Source: Phoronis australis
Lineage: Eukaryota > Animalia > Phoronida
Reading direction: 5' to 3'
NCBI GenBank assembly: GCA_002633005.1
Contig: NMRA01000468.1
Coordinates: 186,001 to 250,000 of the forward strand
Length of the DNA stretch: 64,000 nt
The notes under the pieces were generated by a model that was not told where the DNA came from, ran no database searches, and saw only the letters and a program-made list of their open reading frames with translations. This document shows, in pieces, positions 12,301 through 24,400 of the stretch. The first letter of the stretch is position 1. Each line of letters opens with the position of its first letter. Made by a program: the position numbers and the translations under genes.

Positions 12301-15300
12301 GTCTGATCACAGCTCACATGCATGTGTTGGCAAGACTACATGAAAATAGTATATTAATTGTGAAATACGATAATTCATAACACAGCAGTGTGAGAAGCAT
12401 TAAGCAGGAGTACGAGACTGTGATGTCGCTGGAGCGCGACATCCTTCACCTGACCAGAAGACAGCTGCAACAGCGACAGCATTAGAAGTGAGACAACAGA
12501 GGGCGCTGCACAAATAGCCTCATCCCGAAATCAAAGAGCACGATTCTCACTCCCTTTGGGTTGTAATACACACAAATGAAGAATGATTGATCACAACTTT
12601 ACCCAGCTTTTGAATTTTTGGGCGTCTCCACTGCAACTCACCATATAAAAAAACTTCATTTGCATTAGAATGACGAGCGTCAAACTAATCATAATTACAA
12701 AACAGTAATTAGCAAGACAGCATTGTAACTGTGGGCCAAGATTAGTTCTACGGACACACAGTGATTGTGGGTAAACATTGCAGAATCAGAGAGCGCTCCA
12801 ATTGGTATTCCGGGTAGCGACTATCGCCATGAACTAGACATTGACAGTGGCACCGTAACAAGCTCATCAGTGTCGTAATATTTATTAGTAACACCTGTTA
12901 GCATTAATCCCATTGTGCCTGACCCATAATGCAATGCTTCTTCCTGTATGATGTAGTGTGTTAAGACAATAGAATTTTACGTTTACTTCCATCTTGTGAT
13001 CATCAAGTAACCACACTTCATCCAATAACATAACAATCAGTTTCGGGACAATGCTATTAGTGTTGAGAGATATGATACACCATCGTGGACAAAGAACAAT
13101 CGCGAGTTGCGTACCTGTCGGTCAACTCATCGCCAATTCTGAGTACTGAGTACCATTATCATTTTCACTGGTGGACTATGACAAACAATCTGATAAACTG
13201 ACTCTACCAATGAACCAATGAAACAAGTTTGGATCCCCGTAAAATCAGTGACAGCAGTTGGACAATATCGGAATGTAGTGAAAATTTTTTTATGGCATCT
13301 CAACGAAGCCCAATAGGGTCAGCGGGTGTTGATTAAGTTGACCAGATATAATGTTAATTCGATTTCCAGGCAGTAATATCATCTTTTTGTATTTGTCTAT
13401 ATTGATGAAATATAATGTGAAAAATAAGTTGCCACTTCCCAATTAGCACAAGTTTGCTAATCAAAAAAAACTCAGGAGGTAGAACCAGTAACAATTGTCG
13501 AGACATGTGCTGCCACTTGGGCGTACTCAACATTTAAGGAAAACAGAATTAAGCAGTCAGTCATTCAAAAGCTGGATGAAAGTCACTGTCAGTAAAAGCT
13601 TTAGAGCCGACGTAGAGTTGAAGGATTTGAACTGCTAGTGCTTGTCAATGACGGGAGACAGCTGAAACTGAGAACACCAGGAAGCAGACAGGGGTGAGGG
13701 ACAGAGACAGGGGTTAGGGACAGACACAGGGGTTAGGACAAAGACAGGAAAGAGTTAATCTTACTCTTGTTCAGGTTTCAATGGTTGAGCTTCCTCATCC
13801 TCAGGTAACGCCTCCTTTTTCCTGTAAACCAATGGCGTTACAGTAATCTAGGGATTGACAGTTAGTGGAATACTTGGATTTCACACAGACCTTACACAGA
13901 CAACCTGGTTCTAGTGTAACTAAGTCAAAGGTAACCAGACACTTAAAAAGTAAATGAAGACAACTGCCACGGTGATGAATGCAACATCCACAAACACAAT
14001 ACACAGCACATTTCAGATTGTTCAGATACAAACACAAATGGGCGTTTTAAGCATTTTTTCATGTTTGTCTTAGTTACTATGTCCTACACCGGTCACAGAC
14101 AGTGAACTCTTTGAACTGATAACAGAGGATCACAAGGATAATATAATCTGTCACAACAGACGCACAATAAGTTAAAATGAAATTTTTCACTATTTGGTCC
14201 ACTGTGTCTGAAAAGAAACAGTATCCTGCCTGAAATAAAGATGAAAGACGTTAACGAAGACAGGTTCTCCCAACAGATGTGCAAGTTATTAGTGTTCAGT
14301 ACATGCAACTGCAAGGGGATTGTGTGTAACAAAAATAACTAAAACAAAGGAGCACATTAAAATTAGCGCAGTTCACAGTGAGCCAAATGTAAAGAAATAA
14401 TTTCTGCAGGTATGGACAAATACGACACATGCGTACTTGATATAACCACCATAAATTTTCTAAAATCATCAAGAGAAGACGATCTCAAAAATGACAATTT
14501 TTAAGAATTTATAAGTCACAACCACAGGAATTTGTAATAAAAAAACGGCAACATACTGCGGATAATTTTAAACATTATCGTGGTGCCGACAATCATCCTC
14601 AAACGGAGGCGGCCTAATCAACATGCGCCAAACTAAAGACATTTAATATTAACCATAAACGAAAATGGAACCGACTGTTTCACTGACTACGTGTACAGTG
14701 CTACTCAAAACATCAACAAAAAACGAGAACGACAAGAACGATGAGAGCTGAAATGAGGAGACAACTCCTAATACTGAATCCACAGACTACGTGGAGCATA
14801 ACAAAACTGAAAACGGAAGAACCCAACGGACAATGAGGGCATATCATGCTGCTTACTCCGCGTCGGCCTCAGGGTTCTCAGATACAGTCAACACTTGTTG
14901 TTCTGCAGGCTGGCCACTCTCACCCTCACTACAATGGAACGAGCCAGGCTATCAAACCTCTTGGGACTGGCGATAAAACCTGAAGGAAGCTCGACCATAC
15001 TTTGAATGGGTGAGCCTTAGGAAATAAGAAACCTCGACAAGATCAAAAGATTTAGCAAGAATAAGAGACCCATTTGTGGGTATAGTTTCTTTGACAAAAA
15101 TCACCCTTTTGTAAATTTGTTCCCATAACCTAATCTTTTTTGAAATGTCAAGTTTAATCTTTATCCATCCAGGAAAGTTCTTAATGAAGGAGAAACTAAA
15201 CTGTTCTACTGGACTATGGTACTTAATTGTTCAGTAGAGCAGCACACAGCATACTACCCCAATAAAATGCATCGATCCAGACGTAGTACGCCATTATCAC

Positions 15301-18300
15301 ACGAAGGAGTTGAAAACAAAGCTAATTAACCCAATTAACAACAGTTGTGTTCATAATTTGGAAGGGACAAGAACGAGCTTGATGTTCCCGTTGTACAACA
15401 AATCAAATGTCACAAAGCATGATCACGTACCCTTGTCCCTCTTCCATCTTCAGTTGCTCTTTCTCCGTCGTCTCCGTTGCAGGAGGCTTCTTACCGCAGC
15501 AACTGACACAGATACACATGAGCAGGCCACACTGGTTGCGGAAGTAACACGTGACGTCGATGATGATTAGAATGATCACGAATAGAATGATCACTATGAC
15601 GATGATGACACCTGTACTAAGACCACCCTTGGCAGTGCTTGGCTTTGTATCTCCACCATCACCTGCAGAGAGGAATAAATAAACTTCATGTAGCGTACAG
15701 TACACAGGGAACAGCCACTAAGTGGATTCAGTGTGTTGAGACTGTAAGCAAAAGTACGAGGTAATCAGTTTAGAATTATTGTTTTAAAATTATAATTACC
15801 ACTACAGCACACACTCAAATTAATCGTGACACTTTTGGACACAACAGGAAGCACGGTGACCAATCATGCAACACTGATGAGCTCATAGCTATCGTTCTCT
15901 TGCTGGTCACGTGTCCTCTTTTCACCAAATAGCGTTCTTTTCAGTGATACAAAATTTACGTTCCGCTGTGCCGCACACTGTAAAGCGTAAGTACTACCAA
16001 ACACACAAAAGGTGGCAGCAGCTGTTTGGAGCCTCGTATGACTCGTGTCTCCATATTGCTTTGCCAACCTCAGTTAGAATTAACGTAGCTATGATAAGAC
16101 TTAAAGTCAAGTTAAACACAAGCTCATAATACAGACTACACTGAGCCAAGTACAAGTATTGAGACAACAAAACAAAGTCTGATAACATTTGTAACTATGG
16201 TAACTGAAGATGCTCTTTAAGGATTGATTAAATGAAAACTGAACCAGGGTAAACACTGGTCCCCAGCACAACCTGAATTTCATTGTGTTTACAGCACTTA
16301 ATCTGGGGGTACCGTGACATTACACGTGCAAAATGATCGAAGTAACTTGGTTAGGTAATTATGAGCGAGATTACGCATGCATGATGTCGTGGACAAAGAG
16401 CGAAACGTAATGTTCATACAGACAGCATAAAAGCGCTCATTCGTTCAATTATCACACTTCACTTGTGTTACCAACGACACAAGTGGCATTGTTTATTCAG
16501 CTCAAAATTATTTTTAAAATAAGGGACATATACCAATCCCAGAAAAACTCAACAATTAAAGCTGATAAATTCTGTGAAAAAAAAAAAATTTCGATTTAGA
16601 CCACTTCCAACTATGACATTGGTATCGATCCTCGCTCAACTCAGGGCGCTTGCAAAGAACTGGCAGCTAGATATTGCTTGAGGCAAAGCTCTTTGAGTTG
16701 ATCATGGACGCGGTCAGTTTTCATGCCGAGTATTAATAACTGTTAGTTCTTTCAAGTCAAGAAACTATTGCTAGTCCGAGTATGAGCCGAGACCAGTTGT
16801 ACAAGGGTTAGTAGTCGAAATCAAAATTTTACTTTGTTTTCTTAAACGGAGTTTGAATTTACAGAGAAAGCGGGAGATGTTCAGCAAGTGCGCGAGTTTA
16901 CTTTATCAAAATAAATGTCATACAGCATGAATAAAGATGTGAAATCAACAAGAATGAAAACAGAGAAGATAGCAATTAACAGAAAATTCATGCTTGCAAA
17001 TATTACTCATGAAAAATTTCAAAAGGTTACATCTGTTGCAGTACATGATGTAGAATAAAAAGTGAATATAAAGTAAATTGGACGTTTGTGTAGCTGATAA
17101 TCAATAAAAGTGTTCGATGGTAGACTAAAATAGGATACAGTGTAAATGGCAGAAATGTTGATAAATGATACATAACAAAACTAAAGATAAAAATTAAAAA
17201 ATGAAGACAAATAAAACTAAAAGAAATGAACCTCCATGCAAAATGAGTCACAAGGGCAGAAGTTGTGTCTTTAAGTCATGATTTTCCAATGTTTTACACC
17301 ATTTGAAACATTAAAACTGAAAAAATGATAAGCAATTGTGATATAAGGACTACCGTACTAACACTGGGTTTACCTTTCAAAATAATTTGCAAATAAATGA
17401 AGAAGCTTAAGTGTTACTGTTAACACCTCACCGAAAGAACCGGACGACAAACAGAAGAGAAACAACACACCGGTTTCGCAGCTGTTTCCTGGCCCTATCG
17501 CCTACATATAATTAAAGGCAACCCCAAAAGTTACCTAACTGGCACCACTTACGAATTGCCAAAATTGCAATTCATGATCTAAGAGCATAAGGTGCGTGTT
17601 TAAATAAAAGAAAAATTACCCTTTTTTACCATTTCCAGATGTTGACTGCAATTTGCATATAATCAACGTCCCTTTAACTTGTGTCACACCATTATATTTG
17701 TATGTTGGCTTGCTCCCTTCAATGTGTAAGCTAACAGTTCTCATTGACCGGCGCACTTGTCATTTGCTAAGTAAACTTCTCATACGTGATGTGGAGATTT
17801 GTGGCAAAATTTGTAGGAATGAGGGAACATGAAACTGAACTTTCGTTGGTTTTAATATGGCACATTGAAGCGTGTGTTAATACACCAAACTGCATTGTGT
17901 ATTGCGCAATTTATTTCTAGGACATATTCGCCGCTTTGTTTAATTAATAATATTGCATAAATACAAATTTTACATAAGTTTTAGGTGCTTTTCTCTCGTT
18001 AGTAGATTCACCATGATACACAACTACTTTTTAGCCACTGCATTACGGCATAAGATTCTAAGAAGACCATGGAAATAAACAGTGACACCATGTCCACCGA
18101 CTATCCAAGATCATCGACGATAATGCAATCCGATGCAACTGAAGACCAAATAAAACTAGATTACTAACATAAGCCAGGGTCTTAAAGGCAGAGTGTCAGC
18201 TCCAAGAGAACATTCTTTAGTATAACATGAACAAGTAGACTTATGAGATTGAAGCAAAACAGATGTCTTAAGAGGCACTGGCATCGCCAGTTTTGTCATG

Positions 18301-18399
18301 CCAGCAGTGCCACCTGTTGGGACATCTTGCTTGCCAGTTTTCGTGACGCCATCCACTTTTCGAGTTGTTGTTGCTCTTGTTGTTGTCGTTGCTGCTCTT

Positions 18400-18430
<31 letters not shown>

Positions 18431-21400
18431 ATGTTGTTGGTATCGTGATGCGACGTGTTGTGACATCACGTACCCCACCACTTATAGTGCTCGACAAGTG
18501 GTACGCACTTTCTAACCCCCATAACAGGAAATCTTTTTATTAGGTCTATATCTCTTCACGTCTAATTTGTCACATCTTATTTCAGTTACATAAACATTTC
18601 AAATGTACAACCAAATCAACTCTTTGCATATCATTTGCATATCAGGAAACAAGCGATAACAAAAAATACAGTAACAAAAACGTTCACATTACAAATGATG
18701 CACTTTTAAATGAACAGTGAAATAAACCATAAAAGAAACAAAGCATTAAATATTTTTAAGGCAACTGTCAACATTTTGCCAAAATATGAGCCTTAATACT
18801 AGCAAATCAAATTGTGGAATATATACGAAATCATCGAGGTTCTCAACAAAATTTTCTCGTTAGTTTAAATTATCACTTTCCAGACTTACCGGTTGGATTC
18901 TCAGAAGTTGTATCTAGGAAATAGTAGTGTGAAATAGTAGTGTGAAATAGTAGTGTGAAATTGAGCCAGGTTGTCTCCATTGATTAGTGACAGAATAATT
19001 TGTCATCCCAGGTATGAAAACAATTTGCCAAAGACGCACGACATTTTAACAGTAACTACGATAATTTGGTTGCAAGCCTGACCCAGCTAAGGCTAACAGC
19101 AATGGATTCACACGGGTCGACACATTAGGTACGGGAGTGGGATAGTCCCTAGCGATATCGCGCACGCTATCGGAGGTCTTAAAAAATCCTAAACCTAACT
19201 TCAACCATAAAACAAGTTTTAGATAGTTTGACATGCCAGAAATGCTACATGGTTTTCAATATATGTAGCACACTATCATGCTAACTTGCTGAATTTCAGA
19301 GTCATTTTTTCTGACAAATGCAAAATTCAAACAAAATTAGAATCGTGACGGAAATCCATGCATGCTCCCCCCAATGGCCGCTCTAACTACGAGTCTCGCC
19401 ACGGGATGCGTACGTGCGATTTCCGTCTAAGAACTGAAAAGAAATGAGAGATAGATAGGCTTGGTACGGGGGTAGACTTACCTGGTACAGAAGTTGATAC
19501 GTAGGGTTCTGGAATGTGAAATGAGGCATGACGGTATTAATAGGTAGTAAAAACCTCACTGGAGCCAAGGTTAGTTGAAGGAACAGCCAACAGGAGGCAG
19601 TACTGCAAGCTCAATCAGTTGCTGCTTGACTGAACTTATAGGCAAAACAACAGAACACATCTGACCATATAAAGGAGTTTGGAGACAGACTGGCTTTCAG
19701 AGATGATGCAAGGTGAAAGATAAAAGAGGATAGTTTCTTTTAATGCACCCAGTATTGCAAAAAAATCATGCCACTTTAACATGCCCACGTACTAAACACA
19801 ATCTCTGCTTCTCGATATTCTTCCAGTTTAGAAGAGATCTTACACATATTATTTATTTATTCGTGAAAACCTGTACATTATAACGCCTTTCAAATAAAAA
19901 TATCTCGAAAGGAAACAAAAAGTTGGGAATGCAAAGGAACTAAGACGAATCAGATTAAAAGACCATTTATTCAGTTGATGTTCTGATTAAACAAGTATAC
20001 TGAATATGCTACTTGATAAGCTTTCAAAAAGCACGGACTACAACTTCCAATACATTTTACAACTTATTTTTAGCACAAACAACATTTATTTATAGAAAAC
20101 CGTGGTCAACTCGTCTGATGCAAACAAAACGCAAGTGATATCGTTCGTTTTCAACTACTCAACAAACGAACAGTTCTTTTCAGACCAGTTTGCTGAATAA
20201 AAATTATCAAAAACTAAAAAATAGTCAAACTAAATCTGGACGATTGTAGAGTCATTCAATATTAATTCATCTGTTTTTTCTAATTGACAACATGATTCGA
20301 ATCTTCCTGAAAGTACAGGTAAATGTAAAACAGTTCTTATTCAATGGCATTAACCAGTATAAATAATCACAACTTGTCAATGATCTGATACAAAAGATTG
20401 ACATTCCTGACATTAAGCAATAAATAAAACTGGAAAATATACATCAATATCTAGGGTCCATCTAATATGAGTCTTACATAATAGTTTATGAGGCAGTATT
20501 ATTACACCATCATCAGCATAAATAAAATGCAACAACATTGTTCTTTCTTAATCCAACGGACTTTAAATTTAAAACGAACAATCCGTCCACTCCCAAAAAT
20601 GTAAAACCGGTTCAATAGCTTACATGTGCGGTTACGTTGACCAAAAGCAAAGTGAACTAACCTGCCTTTCAAGTAACAATCATGCTTTACAGATACGTAA
20701 CCATGGCAACAAATTTAAAGGAACACGTTAACTTAAAAAGTGCATTTCGTGTCATAGTTTGAACAGTCCAGGACAAAGAAACAGTCCAGTGTAGATGATC
20801 AACTTAGCCTAAAGCACAAACACTAAACTAATAATATTCACGTCACCCTCAGCTAACCCTGGCATGATTTGAAGGTAACCCGTGACTGAAAACCTTGCAA
20901 AGTTATAAAAAAATACATTTCAACATAAGTTTGTGTAAAAACAACTTTACAGTAGAAACAAGTGAGGACGTGTCAACTAATTACACACTTATATACATCA
21001 CACATTCACAGCACTGGCTTTCAAATTATAATACATTTAGATACAAACACTGTCGCCTAACACTGTCAACACCTATTGTGTCATATGCCATCTTTGTGGC
21101 CAAATCAGCAACCGGTTACAGAAAGACGCTTCAATCAGCCATTGGACAGAATAACTCGCGCACTCATCAGACGTGAACTTTATTATGCATTGAATTGAAG
21201 CGTTACCAGTAGCGCCACCTGCCAGCCACAATATAAGTGCAAAACACCAATTCCAAACACAAGCGCTCCAGTGAGCTCACTCTTGGAGAACCCCAACACA
21301 TTCAAACAAATATCTAAAACAAAAGCCAATCATATGTTCATATAGGATCAGCTTGGTCAAATAGATCAAAGCAAAAGCCAGTAACTGTTTTGACTATGTG

Positions 21401-24400
21401 CACATCTACCGATTGAAGTGGGTGAGAATATAATACTCCACTGTAGGCGCCTGGTGAACTCGAACACTACGCCTTATGCAGGCAAGATACAGTATACGGT
21501 CTGCTTAATAGTTGTCCTGGGTTTGACTGAAACTGTTTTTTGAGAACTGAGCAAGAACAGCGCGATCAGCAGTAACTATCACTTGGCATAGTATAGAAAG
21601 AGTTAGTAGACTTTCCTGAAGCATTTGATGTTCTGTAGCACAGAGGCGTGACAATGACACGGTTTTAGGAGAAAAGAATGAGAGTGACGAACAACACAAG
21701 GACGATGGCGTGGTGAGATGGTCTGTAGGTGACCGCGGCGCCGACTGCACCCACTTTGCCACTATTCGAATCTACAAGAGAAATGGCGAAATGAGAAACT
21801 GAAGAGCAACTGAAAAACACCCATTGTTTTCAGCATAGAATGAAGAGTCAGATCAAACTCACTAAGATAATTTCTGCATATTTTGGGGATTCAGGGAGCA
21901 TAGGAAAAATCTTATCACGAAAATGGTGAAGTTTTGCCCTCCTCCACAAATGCACCCATAAATGTCGTAAGCAGAGTTGTACATCTAGTCAAAAATCATT
22001 CTCCAATAATGCAAATTTCATTACGCTGCATAAAGAAGGCAGATTTTTCAAAATAATGTTGTTGACATCGAAAATGAAGAGTTCTTTTCGCGGTAATCCA
22101 TACAGCATCAAATTGCAATGAATATACGCAACACTGAACTGGTTTGAGGTCAGTGTTTACCCATCCTCTTCATTCTATGCTGAAAATCAATTGACACCAT
22201 TACAAGAGCAAGCCCAGACACACACAGGGGGAAACACATTTAAGAGCCAGTTCTTTGTAATAATCAATAAGTAATAAACGTGTTAATGCCACCAGTACAG
22301 AAACAGTAGAGAGAACAGTGTCACCAGCGCATCACTGCAAACACTGCAACACATTGTAGCCACATGTTGCGACGTAGCTTTTTCCAAATGTGAAAGATTG
22401 CAACCGTCCAAACTGCCCTTTTTTCTCTACGTTTCTGTACTTAGAAACTTTACGACAAGGCCGTTTTACTCAACACAATCTCTCCGTAAAGCTTCTATTT
22501 TTGCAAAAGCTTCCCACATTACGGTTTGACTGAAAGCTCTACAAAAGATTTACCTAGCTTGAACTATCTACTGAACAGGTAAGTAATGTATCCTAATTTC
22601 TGAGCGGCGTGCCCAGTCAAGACAAAACTAGTCAAGTACCCTCTGCGCACGATACAACAAAATTCTTTTTGGTCTTCAAAACAGTAGCCCGGTCAGGAAA
22701 TATGATCAGTAGGTGACGTGAAAAGATTAGTACATAGTTATGAACTACATCTGCATGCCAACTTATAGTACCATGATGTTCTTTATCCAAAATTTCCCAA
22801 GAACCGAAGACCCGTACCGATTCCACACAGCAACGGCACAGAAACACCACTGCCTAATGCCCACTTGTTGACAGGTTGTACATAATGAGGGAACTAAGAT
22901 TATCGTTATTTTATCGTAATCATTATCATTATCAAGAAAAATCATCCTTTGTGAAAACTGGCCAAGTAGCGTTATACATAAAGTAGATACACCAGGTAAC
23001 AGTCTACACTACAACTGAACAGCTGTGAGTCATGACTAGTGCTTAGTAACGCAGAAGCCCGTGCCCTTGTCTTCTATGTGGCAGTGTAATGTGACGGTGA
23101 AATGTGTGGGCATGACCACAAATCGATTAATCTAAATTGGAGATATATTGAGAATATACTATTACCGTCAAATTCTCTCACTGAGACAATGAAAAATTAA
23201 TTATTTTGCTCAAGGTTGGGGACTTTGCCAAATTTTACAAATTGGCAATTAGGCAATATCGACTGTCCCAAATTCAAGATAACTAGATACGACCATTCAC
23301 CTCAATATTAGACACAATGGGAGCACGTGAAAAACCCTCTGACAATTTTCTATGTTTTTCAGATTGTTAAGTCTAATCACATTCCATTGATTCAAAACAC
23401 TATGTCCAATATTTGACAATTTTTGATGAACACCAAAATCGGCCCATTTTCTGAAACAAGAAAATTCAATTTCGGCTCACATTCCAGTCCAAAATTTAAA
23501 TAACTGTTCCAAACGAAAGAATTTTTACCATACAGAAGGGTACCATATGAGCAGATTATAAAAATGTGTTTAGGAATGAAATTGTCTTCACTCCAATTTA
23601 CATAATTACAATTGTACCCCTTCACATGCTAGCAAAAATGTGTTTTCACAAGCACTTTCAGTCAAAAACACCAGTAATGTAATGTGAACGGTCGCAAGGG
23701 TTAGCTTTGCTGGCGCTTTGCTGGAGGTTTGAGTTACCCCAACAATTATGTCAAAAGACACACCTGCGTAGGGATAAGAGTTATTTAATTTATAATCCCG
23801 ATGCCAGAGTGAACACCTTTTGAAATCAATTTTCGCTTTAAAGCGATTCCAGTGGTAAGGACACAAACTAACTGCTAGCAAAAATGACCCACTCGAGGAC
23901 AGCTCCTCTGTTTGGCCGAAACGCTAGATTTTTTGCTACTCATGTGAACCTAGTATATATTCGACAATTTGAGCTTGCCCCATCTTTGTGTGTTATGTTA
24001 TTCCTCAAATCCAATTTTATCCCCGAAACAAGTTTGAATGTCAATTTCGTTATTCCCATGGGAGATAACGATGTGGTGGGGAAAACATATGGAAGGCTGA
24101 CATCAGGCACGGTGAATGTTGAATACTCTCATTCCTGTGTTTGAGAGTATTATAGAGCTTATTGCTCAAAATGGCAGGTAAAATGTCTTGACAGTCAATC
24201 TTGGCAATGCTTTTTTAAGTAATAAAGTGACAAAAATAAAACACATTTGTCATTGTGGAAGCTACGTCGATCAATCTCCATGGAAATTTTAAAAAAATTC
24301 TTAAAAAAGAAAAACGGTTCCTTCAACCTAAACTAACGAGCATTATATCTATGCAAGAATACATGTCCGCGATCATTTTCGCTCTTTATGAGATGATGAG

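Noticed and set aside
12603-12630. 28-nt AG..GT segment as a cytoplasmic exon
   Set aside because: Not frame-symmetric, with a weak pyrimidine tract and donor.
15994-16188. Hydrophobic ORF as an alternative TM exon
   Set aside because: No phase-1 acceptor/donor pair and no NCAM juxtamembrane motif.
17512-17677. TTAA-AGG...CCT-TTAA Kolobok-like MITE
   Set aside because: The inverted match beyond the first few bases is too weak to support a call.
18296-18481. Poly-Gln ORF (and the poly-Cys/poly-Val ORFs on the other strand)
   Set aside because: Alternative frames of the same trinucleotide repeat, with no independent support.
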